IMG/VR virus record: IMGVR_UViG_3300032294_002926
DNA from: a virus
Taxonomy: Duplodnaviria; Heunggongvirae; Uroviricota; Caudoviricetes
Reading direction: 5' to 3' (one strand)
Length of the DNA stretch: 64,000 nucleotides
The position numbers and the translations under genes were made by a program. The notes below the pieces were generated by a model that saw only the letters and a program-made list of their open reading frames with translations, had not been told where the DNA came from and made no database searches. Shown one piece after another: positions 48,070 to 58,300 of the stretch (the first letter of the stretch is position 1; every line of letters begins with the position of its first letter).

Positions 48070-48189
48070 CGGGGGGTGGCCTAATTGGAAAAGGCAACAG
48101 TTAAAAATTTATCTAGATTATAGATAATAACAGCAATTAATAAACCACTAAGAAACAGTTTATTGTAGGTTCGAGTCCTACTCCCCCGA
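48070..48189 (+). ncRNA. tRNA-like element (120 nt) with canonical acceptor, D-arm and T-arm but a ~50-nt AT-rich insertion in place of a recognisable anticodon arm
   Basis: cgggggg/tcccccg acceptor; D-arm gcct-aattggaaa-aggc; T-arm gtagg-ttcgagt-cctac; no complementary anticodon stem found. Confidence 0.3.
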
Positions 48190-48489
48190 ATAAAGATGAG
48201 ACAGCAATTTAATACACAACATATATTCTCATATTTGTTTTAAATTCTCATCTTGTTTACACTCAAAAAGTGTCTTTTGATTATTGGAGGTACATATTTT
48301 TTATTTTATCATAATTTTTGTTTTTTATATAATGTTTACAAGTAACCGTTGGTATTTTAGGTAATAGGCACTTATTATCTAAGATACCAATTTTTTTTTT
48401 TAGAAAGAGTAAACTTCTCTTTGGATTCTTAAACAATCTGAATAAAGTTAAAAAGTATTTTCACTATTTTTGATATAACTTATTTTTTT

Positions 48490-50025
48490 ATGAAATTCAA
48501 TCACAAAATTGCAAGTCTAATCATTCCTGCAGTTATTGCTTCTTCTTCTTCTTTTCTTCCAGTAGAAAGTGTGAAAGCAGATGTAGTTCCTCTAAACACG
48601 CAATCACAGGTATCTAAAGCATCAGAATCTCCAGTATTCTTTATTCTTAAATATGCATTGTTGTTTGGAGGTGTATCAGGAACTTTGTTGATTTTGATAT
48701 CTTTCTTTTTCAGAAAAGTTGTCAATACCAACATGGTCCATATTGTTCAGAATGGTAAAACTACAGTTCCTTATGGATCAAATTTGCCTAATGGAAATGT
48801 TTATTATGAAATTCCTTCCTGGGTTCCAAAGTTTGGTGTTTCTGTTATCAAACTTCCGGTAAATAATTTTGATCTGTCTCTTCAAGATTATGAAGCTTAT
48901 GATGAAGATAGAGTTCCTTTTTTGGTAGATGTTACGGCATTTTTTAGAATCATTGATCCCACTGTTGCATCTCAAAGAATTTCTAACATCTCAAGTCTTG
49001 AACAGCAATTGACACTCATCGTTCAGGGTGCTGTGAGAAGGGTTCTCGCCTCTGAGAAAATTGATAACATCATGACTCAAAGATCTACTTTTGGTGAGAG
49101 TTTTTCGAATGAAGTTAGAGATCAATTAGCTGAATGGGGAGTAAGTTCTGTGAGAAATATGGAACTTATGGACATTCGTGATTCTCCTAAATCTTCGGTA
49201 ATTTCTAATATTATGGCTAAAAAGATCTCAGAGATTGAGAAAGATAGTCGTATTACTGTTGCTGAGAATAATCGTCTAGCAACTGTTGCTGAAGTTGAAA
49301 ATAAGCGTACATCTGAAATTTCTTCAGTGGAAGCAAATCGTGAAATCGCACTCAGTAAACAACTTGCTGAACAACAAGTTGGAGAAAGATCTGCTGAGAA
49401 AGATAAAGTAATTGGTATAGCACAAGAACAATCAAAGCAACAAGTTCTTCTGCAACAAGCTGAGACCAAAGAAAAGGATCTTGCAGTTCAGAGAGTTCAA
49501 GAAATCAAATCCGCTGAAATTACACGAGACAGAGCACTTGTTCAGGCTGAAGAATTGCAAAAAGTTGCTAAAATTAGTAAAGAAACTGCATTGATTGAGG
49601 CATCTCAGCAAAAAGAAACTTCTATTCTTATTGCTGATGGTAAGTTGGAATCCGAGAAAAGAAACGCTGAAGCTATTCAGACTACTGGTATTGCTAAGGC
49701 AGAAGCTGATAAAGCTATGCAACTTGCACCAGTTAGTGCTCAAATTGCTCTTTCACAAGAGATTGGTAATAATGAATCTTATCAGAAGTATCTTGTTCTC
49801 GTTGAAGCACTTAAATCTTATATGTCTGTAGGTGTTGAACAAGCTAAGGCACTTCAATCTGCGGAAGTTAAGGTTATTGCCAATGGTGGATCTACCTCTG
49901 ATGGTGTGAAAAATGTGATGGATCTCTTTAGTTCTAAAGGTGGAACTTCTCTTGCATCTGCATTTGAAGCATTTGCTCAAAGTGATCTTGGGGCAGATTT
50001 GTTGAATAAAATTACTCAATCTTGA
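48490..50025 (+). CDS. SPFH/Band-7 (flotillin-like) membrane protein with a long C-terminal coiled coil
   Basis: Signal/anchor plus a second transmembrane helix; SPFH core PFLVDVTAFFRIIDP...; extended E/A/Q/K-rich coiled-coil tail as in flotillins. Confidence 0.6.
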   Translation: MKFNHKIASLIIPAVIASSSSFLPVESVKADVVPLNTQSQVSKASESPVFFILKYALLFGGVSGTLLILISFFFRKVVNTNMVHIVQNGKTTVPYGSNLPNGNVYYEIPSWVPKFGVSVIKLPVNNFDLSLQDYEAYDEDRVPFLVDVTAFFRIIDPTVASQRISNISSLEQQLTLIVQGAVRRVLASEKIDNIMTQRSTFGESFSNEVRDQLAEWGVSSVRNMELMDIRDSPKSSVISNIMAKKISEIEKDSRITVAENNRLATVAEVENKRTSEISSVEANREIALSKQLAEQQVGERSAEKDKVIGIAQEQSKQQVLLQQAETKEKDLAVQRVQEIKSAEITRDRALVQAEELQKVAKISKETALIEASQQKETSILIADGKLESEKRNAEAIQTTGIAKAEADKAMQLAPVSAQIALSQEIGNNESYQKYLVLVEALKSYMSVGVEQAKALQSAEVKVIANGGSTSDGVKNVMDLFSSKGGTSLASAFEAFAQSDLGADLLNKITQS

Positions 50026-50125
50026 TATTTGTAGGAAGCGAACACCTCTCTTTGGGTTCTTTGAGAAACTGAATGAAGTGAAAGAGGAGAATTACTTGCG
50101 CTTTAGACTCTCCCTCCTACCCCAT

Positions 50126-50197
50126 ATTCGGGTAGTCTAGTGGTCAGGACGAGCAGACAATGCATATGGAGTTCGGGTTCGATTCCCGATCCGAATA
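50126..50197 (+). pseudogene. Degenerate tRNA-like sequence (Glu/Asp-type D-arm, canonical T-arm, no pairable anticodon stem)
   Basis: Acceptor attcggg/tccgaat; D-arm gtc-tagtggtcag-gac; T-arm tcggg-ttcgatt-cccga; central region agcag-acaatgc-atatg cannot pair. Confidence 0.3.
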
Positions 50198-50221
50198 TTT
50201 GACTAAATATTTATTATCTTT

Positions 50222-50292
50222 GCGGATATAGTGTAGTGGTAACATATGATCCTTCCAAGTTCCAGTCACGGGTTCGAATCCCGTTATCCGCT
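50222..50292 (+). tRNA. tRNA-Gly (anticodon UCC)-like, homologous to T4 tRNA-Gly, with a weak anticodon stem (3/5 pairs)
   Basis: gcggata...tatccgc acceptor identical to T4 tRNA-Gly ends; anticodon loop cuUCCaa; T-arm acggg-ttcgaat-cccgt. Confidence 0.5.
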
Positions 50293-50517
50293 TTCAAATC
50301 TCATGAGTCCGCTGAGTACAAATACGGATTGTCAGGATCTCATGATGGTGTTATGATAAGTACATCGGAAAAAAGGAAAACCTGATTCTGATACTCCCGT
50401 TAACCGAGACCTATGGGGAGTCTAAACACGTCTCTTATCTTGCCTTCTCTTGAGGGTGGAGAAGGAAAATAACGTAAAGAATCTTCCCTAGATTCACTTT
50501 ATTTTCTTTAAATTCTT

Positions 50518-51597
50518 ATGACTGCTACAATTGCTACACGTTCACAAAGTAACGCTTGGGAAGATTTTTGCCAGTGGGTTACTTCAACCAATAATAGGTT
50601 GTACGTTGGGTGGTCGGGAACCATTATGATTCCTTGCCTTCTTGCTGCTACTATTTGCTTTATTCTTGCTTTTATTGCAGCACCTCCCGTTGACATAGAT
50701 GGCATTAGAGAACCTGTTGCTGGGTCTCTTATGTGGGGGAATAACATTATCTCGGGTAATGTTATTCCAAGTTCTAATGCTATCGGACTTCATTTTTATC
50801 CTATCTGGGAAGCACAATCTCTTGAAGAATGGTGTTACAACGGAGGTGAATATCAACTCATCATCTTCCATTTTCTAATTGGTATTTGGATGTATGCTAT
50901 GAGAGAGTGGGAACTTTCTTACCGTCTTGGAATGCGCCCTTGGATTTTTGTTGCATATTCTGCTCCTGCCATTGCAGCAACTGCGGTATTTCTTCTTTAT
51001 CCTATTGGTCAAGGTTCTTTCTCTGATGGTATGCCTCTGGGTATTTCTGGAACCTTTAATTTTATGCTTGTCTTCCAAGCAGAACATAATATCCTTATGC
51101 ACCCCTTCCATCAAATGGGAGTTATCGGTGTTTTCGGTGGTGCTTTTGCTGGAGCAATGCATGGTTCCCTCGTAACCTCTTCAATTGTTCGTGAAACCAC
51201 TGAGACTGAATCTCAGAACTATGGTTACAAGTTCGGACAAGAGGAAGAAACTTATAACATTGTTGCTGCACATGGTTATTTCGGTCGTCTTATTTTCCAA
51301 TATGCGTCCTTCAATAACTCACGTTCACTACATTTCTTCCTTGCTGCACTTCCTGTAATTGGCATTTGGTTTACTTCTCTTGGCATTGCCACTATGAGTT
51401 ATAACCTCAACGGGTTTAACTTCCAACATAGTGTTCAAGATGCACAAGGACGAGTTATTCCTACTTGGGCAGATGTTCTCGGAAGAGCAAATTTGGGTCT
51501 AGAAGTCATCCACGAACGTAACGCACACAATTTTGCATTGGATTTGGCGACAGTATCAACTACAGAAGTAGCACTCATTGCACCTGAAATTGGTTGA
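50518..51597 (+). CDS. psbA: Photosystem II reaction-centre protein D1, full length and uninterrupted
   Basis: 359-aa product with diagnostic D1 motifs ([10 protein letters not shown]..., [26 protein letters not shown], ...ALIAPEIG). Confidence 0.95.
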   Translation: MTATIATRSQSNAWEDFCQWVTSTNNRLYVGWSGTIMIPCLLAATICFILAFIAAPPVDIDGIREPVAGSLMWGNNIISGNVIPSSNAIGLHFYPIWEAQSLEEWCYNGGEYQLIIFHFLIGIWMYAMREWELSYRLGMRPWIFVAYSAPAIAATAVFLLYPIGQGSFSDGMPLGISGTFNFMLVFQAEHNILMHPFHQMGVIGVFGGAFAGAMHGSLVTSSIVRETTETESQNYGYKFGQEEETYNIVAAHGYFGRLIFQYASFNNSRSLHFFLAALPVIGIWFTSLGIATMSYNLNGFNFQHSVQDAQGRVIPTWADVLGRANLGLEVIHERNAHNFALDLATVSTTEVALIAPEIG

Positions 51598-51622
51598 TAA
51601 AATAGTGTAATCTCTTTATATA

Positions 51623-51661
51623 ATCTCTCTTATGGTGTATAATCATAAGAGAGATTTTTTG
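51623..51661 (+). terminator. Rho-independent terminator after psbA
   Basis: 12-bp stem atctctcttatg/cataagagagat followed by T6. Confidence 0.6.
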
Positions 51662-51669
51662 TTTATAAA

Positions 51670-52266
51670 ATGATAACATATATTGCAACAAATACTTTGA
51701 ATGGAAAGTTTTATATTGGAAGCACTTTTAATTTTGAAAGAAGAAAACAAGAACATTTAGAATCAAAAAATAATTATCCATTTCAAAACTCTCTCCGTAA
51801 AAATCCAGATAAGTTTGAATGGGAAACTTACATTGATGAATATGATGAACCAATTTTAGAGCAATCATTATTGGATGTGTGGTGGGGGAAGTCGCAATGT
51901 TATAATATAAATCAATATGCTTCTCGTCCACCAGACCCAACGGGAAGAATTCTTAGTAAAGTGTCAAAAGATAAAATAAGTAAAAAATTAAAGGGTAGAG
52001 TAATAAATGAAAAAACTAGAAAGGCAGTTTCATACTCAAATAAAACTAGACATCTTAATGAAGAAACTTTAAAGATAAAATCTGATGCTATACTTGGAGA
52101 AAAGAACCCATTTTATGGAAAAAAACATAGTGAAGAAACTATTCGTAATTTATCCGAAAAAAGAAAAGGTTTAAAATGGTGGTATAATGAGAAAACTAAA
52201 AAAACTTGTATGTCTAAAGAATTGCCGGGTGAAGGATGGAGACGGGGTAGAAAATACTCATCTTGA
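51670..52266 (+). CDS. GIY-YIG homing endonuclease with NUMOD3-like DNA-binding repeats, immediately downstream of psbA
   Basis: MITYIATNTLNGKFYIGST (GIY-YIG); repeated ..KNPFYGKKHSEETIRNLSEKRKG.. NUMOD3-like units. Confidence 0.65.
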   Translation: MITYIATNTLNGKFYIGSTFNFERRKQEHLESKNNYPFQNSLRKNPDKFEWETYIDEYDEPILEQSLLDVWWGKSQCYNINQYASRPPDPTGRILSKVSKDKISKKLKGRVINEKTRKAVSYSNKTRHLNEETLKIKSDAILGEKNPFYGKKHSEETIRNLSEKRKGLKWWYNEKTKKTCMSKELPGEGWRRGRKYSS

Positions 52267-52309
52267 CATAAGACCCCCAACCCTGCTAAGATATTCATAA
52301 ATTCCAAAT

Positions 52310-53182
52310 ATGCCTCAAATTCAAAAACCTCTTCTTGCTGGAAAATTTGATGCTTCTAAAGCAAAATTTCCATATATTGTAACGCCAAAGATTGATGGTG
52401 TTCGATTCTTAATGGTCAACGGTGTTGCAGTATCTCGTACATTTAAACCTATTCGGAATGTTTATATTCAGAATTTACTTCAACAATATTTACCTGATGG
52501 AGTTGATGGAGAAATTACATCTGGAGACACGTTTCAGTCTTCTACATCTGCAGTGATGACAATCGAAGGATCTTCGAATTTTAAGGTATGGTTGTTTGAT
52601 TATGTAAATCCAGAAAATGATATAATTGAACCTTTTATGAAACGTTTGAAGAAGATGCCAACTCTTCCTTCCACTCCATTTGAGTATGAGATTCTTTATG
52701 GATCTTTGAAAAATACAATTGAAGAAGTGGAGGATTTTGAAAAAATATGTCTTCTCAAAGGATATGAAGGAGTGATGTTGCGGTCTCCTTCAGGAACTTA
52801 TAAGTTCGGTCGTTCTACTATCAACGATAATATTCTTTTAAAACTTAAAAGATTTGAAGATTCTGAAGCAATTCTTATTGATATAGAAGAGAAGATGAGT
52901 AATCAAAACCCGGAAAAACTTGATGCCTTTGGATATATTAAAAGATCCTCTGCATTGGATGGTATGATTTCTATGAATACTACTGGCGCTCTTATAGTTA
53001 AGGATGAGCATAATCAATTTAAAATTGGTAGTGGATTGGATGATAAAATGAGAGAAGAAATATGGAATAATAAGAGTTCTTATATCGGGAAAATTGTAAA
53101 GTACAAATATTTTCCAGTAGGAGTGAAAGAACTTCCAAGGCATCCTGTGTTTCTTGGGTTTCGTGATAAAGAAGATTTCTGA
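52310..53182 (+). CDS. ATP-dependent DNA ligase-like nucleotidyltransferase (small T7/Chlorella-virus type)
   Basis: Motif I KIDGVR; motif III GVDGEIT; motif IV WLFDYV; motif V ILLKLKRF. Confidence 0.55.
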   Translation: MPQIQKPLLAGKFDASKAKFPYIVTPKIDGVRFLMVNGVAVSRTFKPIRNVYIQNLLQQYLPDGVDGEITSGDTFQSSTSAVMTIEGSSNFKVWLFDYVNPENDIIEPFMKRLKKMPTLPSTPFEYEILYGSLKNTIEEVEDFEKICLLKGYEGVMLRSPSGTYKFGRSTINDNILLKLKRFEDSEAILIDIEEKMSNQNPEKLDAFGYIKRSSALDGMISMNTTGALIVKDEHNQFKIGSGLDDKMREEIWNNKSSYIGKIVKYKYFPVGVKELPRHPVFLGFRDKEDF

Positions 53183-53220
53183 TAATATATAATATTATTC
53201 CTTAGACGATGTGAGGTATT

Positions 53221-54048
53221 ATGACCATTGAAGATAAAATAAAAGAATTTCAAAAATGTAAAGATGATCCAATATATTTTATCAATACTTACGTGAAATG
53301 TGCATCACCACAATCATCACAATCAATAGTAAAACTTTATGATTATCAAGAAGATATCATAAGAAGATATCATAATAATCGATTTACTATTGTAAAAGGC
53401 TGTAGACAATCTGGAAAATCATTCACTGGAATTTTATATATTCTTCATTATATTCTTTTTAATGAAAATGTAATTGTAGGACTTTTTTCTCATAATCGAT
53501 CAGCTGCTGTAGATCTGTTAACTAGACTATCAGACATTTATCTAGAACTTCCGAGTTGGATGAGAATGGAAGTGATTAAATATAACAAAACAGAACTTGA
53601 ACTTGGAAATGGATCTAAAATCTGTGCATCATCTGTGAATCTAACTTCAGCACATGCAACTATTTTTGATTTAATTTTTCTTGATGAATTTGCATTTGTG
53701 AATGATGAGATTGCAGGAAATTTTTGGGAAATGATGATTCCCACAGTTTTTTCTAGAAGAACAAAACTTATTGTTTCTTCGACTCCTTTTTATAGTCATA
53801 AACTGACTGTAGATGATGAAGGTAACATCATTACTATTAAAGTTCCAACTCTTTTTTATGTTTTATGGATTGATGCAATATTTGGAAGAAATACCTTTAT
53901 TCCTTATGAGATTTCTTGGAGGATTTTACTTCCTGAAAAGGATGAGCAATGGAAAGAAAAACAAATTGCTTATATTGGTAAAGACAAATTCGACAATGAA
54001 TATGAATGTAAATTTTTAGACAATGTTTCAACTTCTAATATTTTTTGA
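53221..54048 (+). CDS. Terminase large subunit (T4 gp17-like) ATPase domain only; the nuclease domain is absent
   Basis: DYQEDIIRRYHNNRFTIVKGCRQSGKSFTGI (Walker A), LIFLDEFAFV (Walker B), IVSSTPF (motif III) align to T4 gp17 residues ~130-290. The ORF ends where the gp17 nuclease domain should begin, with no continuation in any frame. Confidence 0.65.
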   Translation: MTIEDKIKEFQKCKDDPIYFINTYVKCASPQSSQSIVKLYDYQEDIIRRYHNNRFTIVKGCRQSGKSFTGILYILHYILFNENVIVGLFSHNRSAAVDLLTRLSDIYLELPSWMRMEVIKYNKTELELGNGSKICASSVNLTSAHATIFDLIFLDEFAFVNDEIAGNFWEMMIPTVFSRRTKLIVSSTPFYSHKLTVDDEGNIITIKVPTLFYVLWIDAIFGRNTFIPYEISWRILLPEKDEQWKEKQIAYIGKDKFDNEYECKFLDNVSTSNIF

Positions 54049-54087
54049 ACTCTTTGGACTGTTCCTTTTCATTATGTCTCTGTTTCC

Positions 54088-54116
54088 TTGACATAATTCT
54101 GAATACTCGCTAAAAT
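54088..54116 (+). promoter_or_regulatory. Sigma-70-like promoter (TTGACA-17 nt-TAAAAT)
   Basis: ttgaca taattctgaatactcgc taaaat ~75 nt upstream of the 54195 ATG. Confidence 0.4.
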
Positions 54117-54194
54117 ACTTATAGATTCGTGATGCAAATGAATTATCGGAAAGAAACACTTAGAGAATATACTGAAAGAGACTGAAAAAATATT

Positions 54195-54896
54195 ATGTAC
54201 GATGCAACTTTTATAAGCGATGTTCATCTCGGATCTCCTAGATGTAACACGAAAAAGTTTTTAAAATTTTTGAAAGAACTTCAAACTAAAAAACTAATAA
54301 TGGTGGGTGATATTATAGACATCTATTGTATGGAGAAATATAATACTCGCTGGACAAAAGAACATACTGAATGTGTTCATCAGATTTTAGAACTTCTCAA
54401 AAAAGGCACGGAAGTTGTTTATATTCTTGGAAATCATGAGGCACAAATTCGTAGATACTGTAATTTTTCTCATGAAAATTTTAAGATGGTGAATGAATAT
54501 ACTCATATGGATTCAAGAGGAAATAAGATTCTTTGTGTTCATGGAGATAAGTATTCGCAGTATTCATCTGGTTCCTGGAAACAATTGTTATTTAATAAAG
54601 GATATGAATATATTACTCCAATGAGTGTATTTTTAGAAAAATTTTTAAAAATTTCTTTGATTCATATTCTTAAAAATACGTCTCGTGGTAGAAAATATAT
54701 TAATCATTATGAGACTGATATTGCATCATATGGTGTTCGAAGAGAAGAGAAATATAATGGAATAATTTGTGGACATATTCATCACGCAAAGATTCGAGAA
54801 TTTGGTACAATCACGTATATGTGTTGTGGAGACTGGTGTGATCAATGTACGTATATTACAGAAATGAATGGCGAATATAAATTATTATTTTATTGA
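54195..54896 (+). CDS. Calcineurin-like metallophosphoesterase (LpxH-like layout)
   Basis: ISDVHLGSP, MVGDIID, GNHE, HGD, GHIH motifs. Confidence 0.6.
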   Translation: MYDATFISDVHLGSPRCNTKKFLKFLKELQTKKLIMVGDIIDIYCMEKYNTRWTKEHTECVHQILELLKKGTEVVYILGNHEAQIRRYCNFSHENFKMVNEYTHMDSRGNKILCVHGDKYSQYSSGSWKQLLFNKGYEYITPMSVFLEKFLKISLIHILKNTSRGRKYINHYETDIASYGVRREEKYNGIICGHIHHAKIREFGTITYMCCGDWCDQCTYITEMNGEYKLLFY

Positions 54897-54936
54897 TTCA
54901 AATAGTACAATAAATAATCATAAGTCTCGGTAACTT

Positions 54937-55272
54937 ATGGATCTTCTCCATTCTCCCTCAGAGTATTTGTTTAATTTACACACAACAAGTTCGGCAGAAG
55001 CAAAAAAAATATGGAGAAATCAAATAAAACAAAGATGGAATTACAAATGTGCTTATTGTGATTCAGAGAAAAATCTGACAATCGATCATATTATACCTCA
55101 GTCGAAGGGTGGAACAAATTTTACAACAAATGTTCTTTGCTGTTGTCATTCTTGTAATCAATCAAAAAATCATACTCCTTGGGAAGAATGGTATACATCT
55201 CAGAGTTTTTTCTGTGAGAATCGATTCTCTAAAATTAAAAAATGGATGAATATGAATCTACCTGAAAATTAA
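54937..55272 (+). CDS. HNH endonuclease (McrA/HNH_5-like; paralog of 31344..31823)
   Basis: CAYCDSEKNLTIDHIIPQSKGGTNFTTNVLCCCHSCNQSKNH. Confidence 0.7.
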   Translation: MDLLHSPSEYLFNLHTTSSAEAKKIWRNQIKQRWNYKCAYCDSEKNLTIDHIIPQSKGGTNFTTNVLCCCHSCNQSKNHTPWEEWYTSQSFFCENRFSKIKKWMNMNLPEN

Positions 55273-55342
55273 TTTTTAACGAATAAAAACATGAATAAAT
55301 ATATGAAAGCACTTTTAATATTGAGAGCGATATCGAACAATA

Positions 55343-58300
55343 ATGTCAACACGTATTAGACTAAAGAGGTCTTCTGTACCCGGAAAAATACCTTTACCAG
55401 GTCAACTAAAAAATGCGGAAGTCGCTTATAATACGTATGATGGTGAATTATATGGAAAAAGAGAAAGAGTAGGAATTGGAACTGATATTGTTCGCATTGG
55501 ATCAGGTGCAACAGTTACAAATATTCTTTATGTTACAGAAGATGGAAAAGACGAAAACACAGGTAAAAAACTCGGAGACGCAAAAGCGACAATTAAAGGA
55601 GCAATCGCAGCAGCAACAACAGGAACAGTTATTAAAGTTAGTGCTGGATCTTATATAGAAGATAATCCTTTAATCATACCGGAACAAGTTTCTATTGTAG
55701 GAGATTCTCTTCGAGAAGTGTCAGTATCTCCATTAAATGCGAATCAAGATTTATTCTATGTTTCAAATGGAAATTATGTTGCAGAAATGTCTTATACTGG
55801 ATCATTGAATTCGGGTAAGGCAATTTTTGCATTTAATTCAGAACAAATTGGATATTTTGATCAGTCTCCATATATTCAGAATTGTACGAATTTTATTCCT
55901 AATAGTATTGGTTTAAAAATTGATGGTAACAATGCAATAGGACCATTAAAATCAATGGTTCTAGATAGTTATACTCAATATAATCAAGGAGGTATTGGTG
56001 TTTCTATCACCAATGAAGGATATGCTCAATTGGTATCCTTGTTTACAATTTGTTGTGATGTTGCAGTTTATTGTGGATCAGGTGCAGCATGTGATCTTAC
56101 AAACTCAAATTCTTCTTTTGGTAACTATGCTTTAGTTGCAAATGGTACAAGCCCAAAAAAATATTCTGGAATTATTACACAAAATTCATTAGAAAATGAT
56201 GACACCTTTGTTATAGATTTAAATACGCCAACTTTAAATGTCACAAATGCTTTATATGATAATACTTCTGGAATTTTAACTGCATATACAAGTACTCCTC
56301 ATAACTTTTCAGTTGGAATGGGAGTTTCTTTATCCAATTTACAATTTACTTGTCAGGGAATTGGAGGAATAAACACTTATCCAAGTGGAAAATATGGTTA
56401 TATTTTTGAAGTTAAAACTGTTGCTCCAGGAAGATATGTAGACTCTTATAATTTAATTCAAAATAATAAATTAGAAATTCAGGATAAATCTTTAGCGGCA
56501 ATTGCATTAAATCATCCAGATTTCATTTTTCCAGGAAATTCATCATCTGATTTAAGATATCGATATTATGATTCTTATCGTTTGATTCAAAAAAATAAAC
56601 AAGAAATTGTAGATAAATCTCTTGCTTCTATTGCAGTTGGATTTCCTTCTAATTTTAAATTTCCGGATGATCCAGTTCCATTTGAAAGAAATCGTTTTTA
56701 TGATGCATCTGGATTAATTCAAAGAAATAAACAAGAAATTATTGATAAATCAATTGGGGCAATTGCAATTGCTCATACGAATTTTTATTTTCCAGGAGAT
56801 TTTCAAACAAATTCAAGATCTCGTTATTTTGATTCTTATCGTTTAATTCAAAAAAATAAGAATGTAATTGTTTCTATTGCATGGACAAATACTGTTTCAG
56901 TTTATCCTGAAATTTCAAGCACTCAGAATAAATGTAAAAGGGATTTAGATTTTTTTGTAGATGCAATTTCTGCTGATGTTTTAACGGGTGGTAATAATTA
57001 TTCTAGAGAGTTTACTTTACAATACTTTAATAATGGATCTTTAATTGTAAATGGATTATTGGGTGAGCAGACTCAATCAAATTATGCTTTTAATCAAGTT
57101 AGAAATTTGATGAAAAATGCAGTCACAAATACTCTTGTTGGTGCAGCATATAGTGATCTTTCAATTACTCCAGATTCCTTAACTGGTTTCAATACTTCTC
57201 CAAATTCTTGTGCAGACGTAAGATCAAATATTGATAATCTAGTTTCAATTGTAACTACCTCTATAGGATCAGGTAATACAAGTTCTCTACCTTCTCCAAA
57301 TTTTGGATATTTTGTTGGTATAGGTAGTACAAGTTCTCCAGGTGGATTAAAATGTGCGAGAGATCTTGGTTTTATGATTGAAGCAATCTCTACGGATATT
57401 TTTACTGGTGGAAATAAGTATTCGAGAGATTTTACTCTTCAATATTTCAACAATAATTCTCCAATTTCAAATGGATTATTGGGTGAAGAATCACAATCTA
57501 TTACTGCATTTCTTTCTGCAAGTGAATTTGCGAAGAAAGCAGTTACGAATCAATTGAACATTAAAAATTTGGGAATTAGTTCCGGTCCTGCAATTTACAA
57601 TGGTCCTGGTATTGCTTATACTGTCTATGCTTCAGGTAATCCAGATTCTTGTGCAGATGTAAGATCGAATATTGATAATTTAGTTGGAATTATTACCACT
57701 GTAATTGGTGCAGGTAGTACCGTTAGTCTTCAGATTTTTAATGAAAATCTTGGAATTTCAACTACAAATATTTGTGCAAGAGATTTATCATATCTTGTAG
57801 ATGCGATTTCTACTGATATTTTTACAGGAGGTAACAAGTACTCTAGAGACTTTACTGATTTTTATTTCAATGGGGCATCTTCTGTTGGAATTGGTACAAG
57901 TGAAAGACTTCAATCTGTATATGCATTTAATACTTTGGGTACTTATGCAAAAAAAGCAATTACGAATCAATTGAATTATAAAGAAATTGGAATTAGTTCT
58001 GGACCTGCAAATTATAATTCCGGTGGACCAAATATTCCTGTATTACCTTCAGGAAATTCTGAATCCTGTACTGATGTTCAAAGTGCAATTAATACTCTTG
58101 TGGGAATTGTAACAACTGTTATCGGAAGTGGATCACAGTCTTTTCTGAATACTTTTAGTGAAAATTCAGGCACTTTCTCATTAGGTATTAGTAAATGTTA
58201 TAGAGATATTGGTTATTTAATTGATGCATTATCTTTGGATGTGCGAGATTATACAAATGAGAATATTCGCGACTTTATAAGTGGATATTTTAATGCAAAT

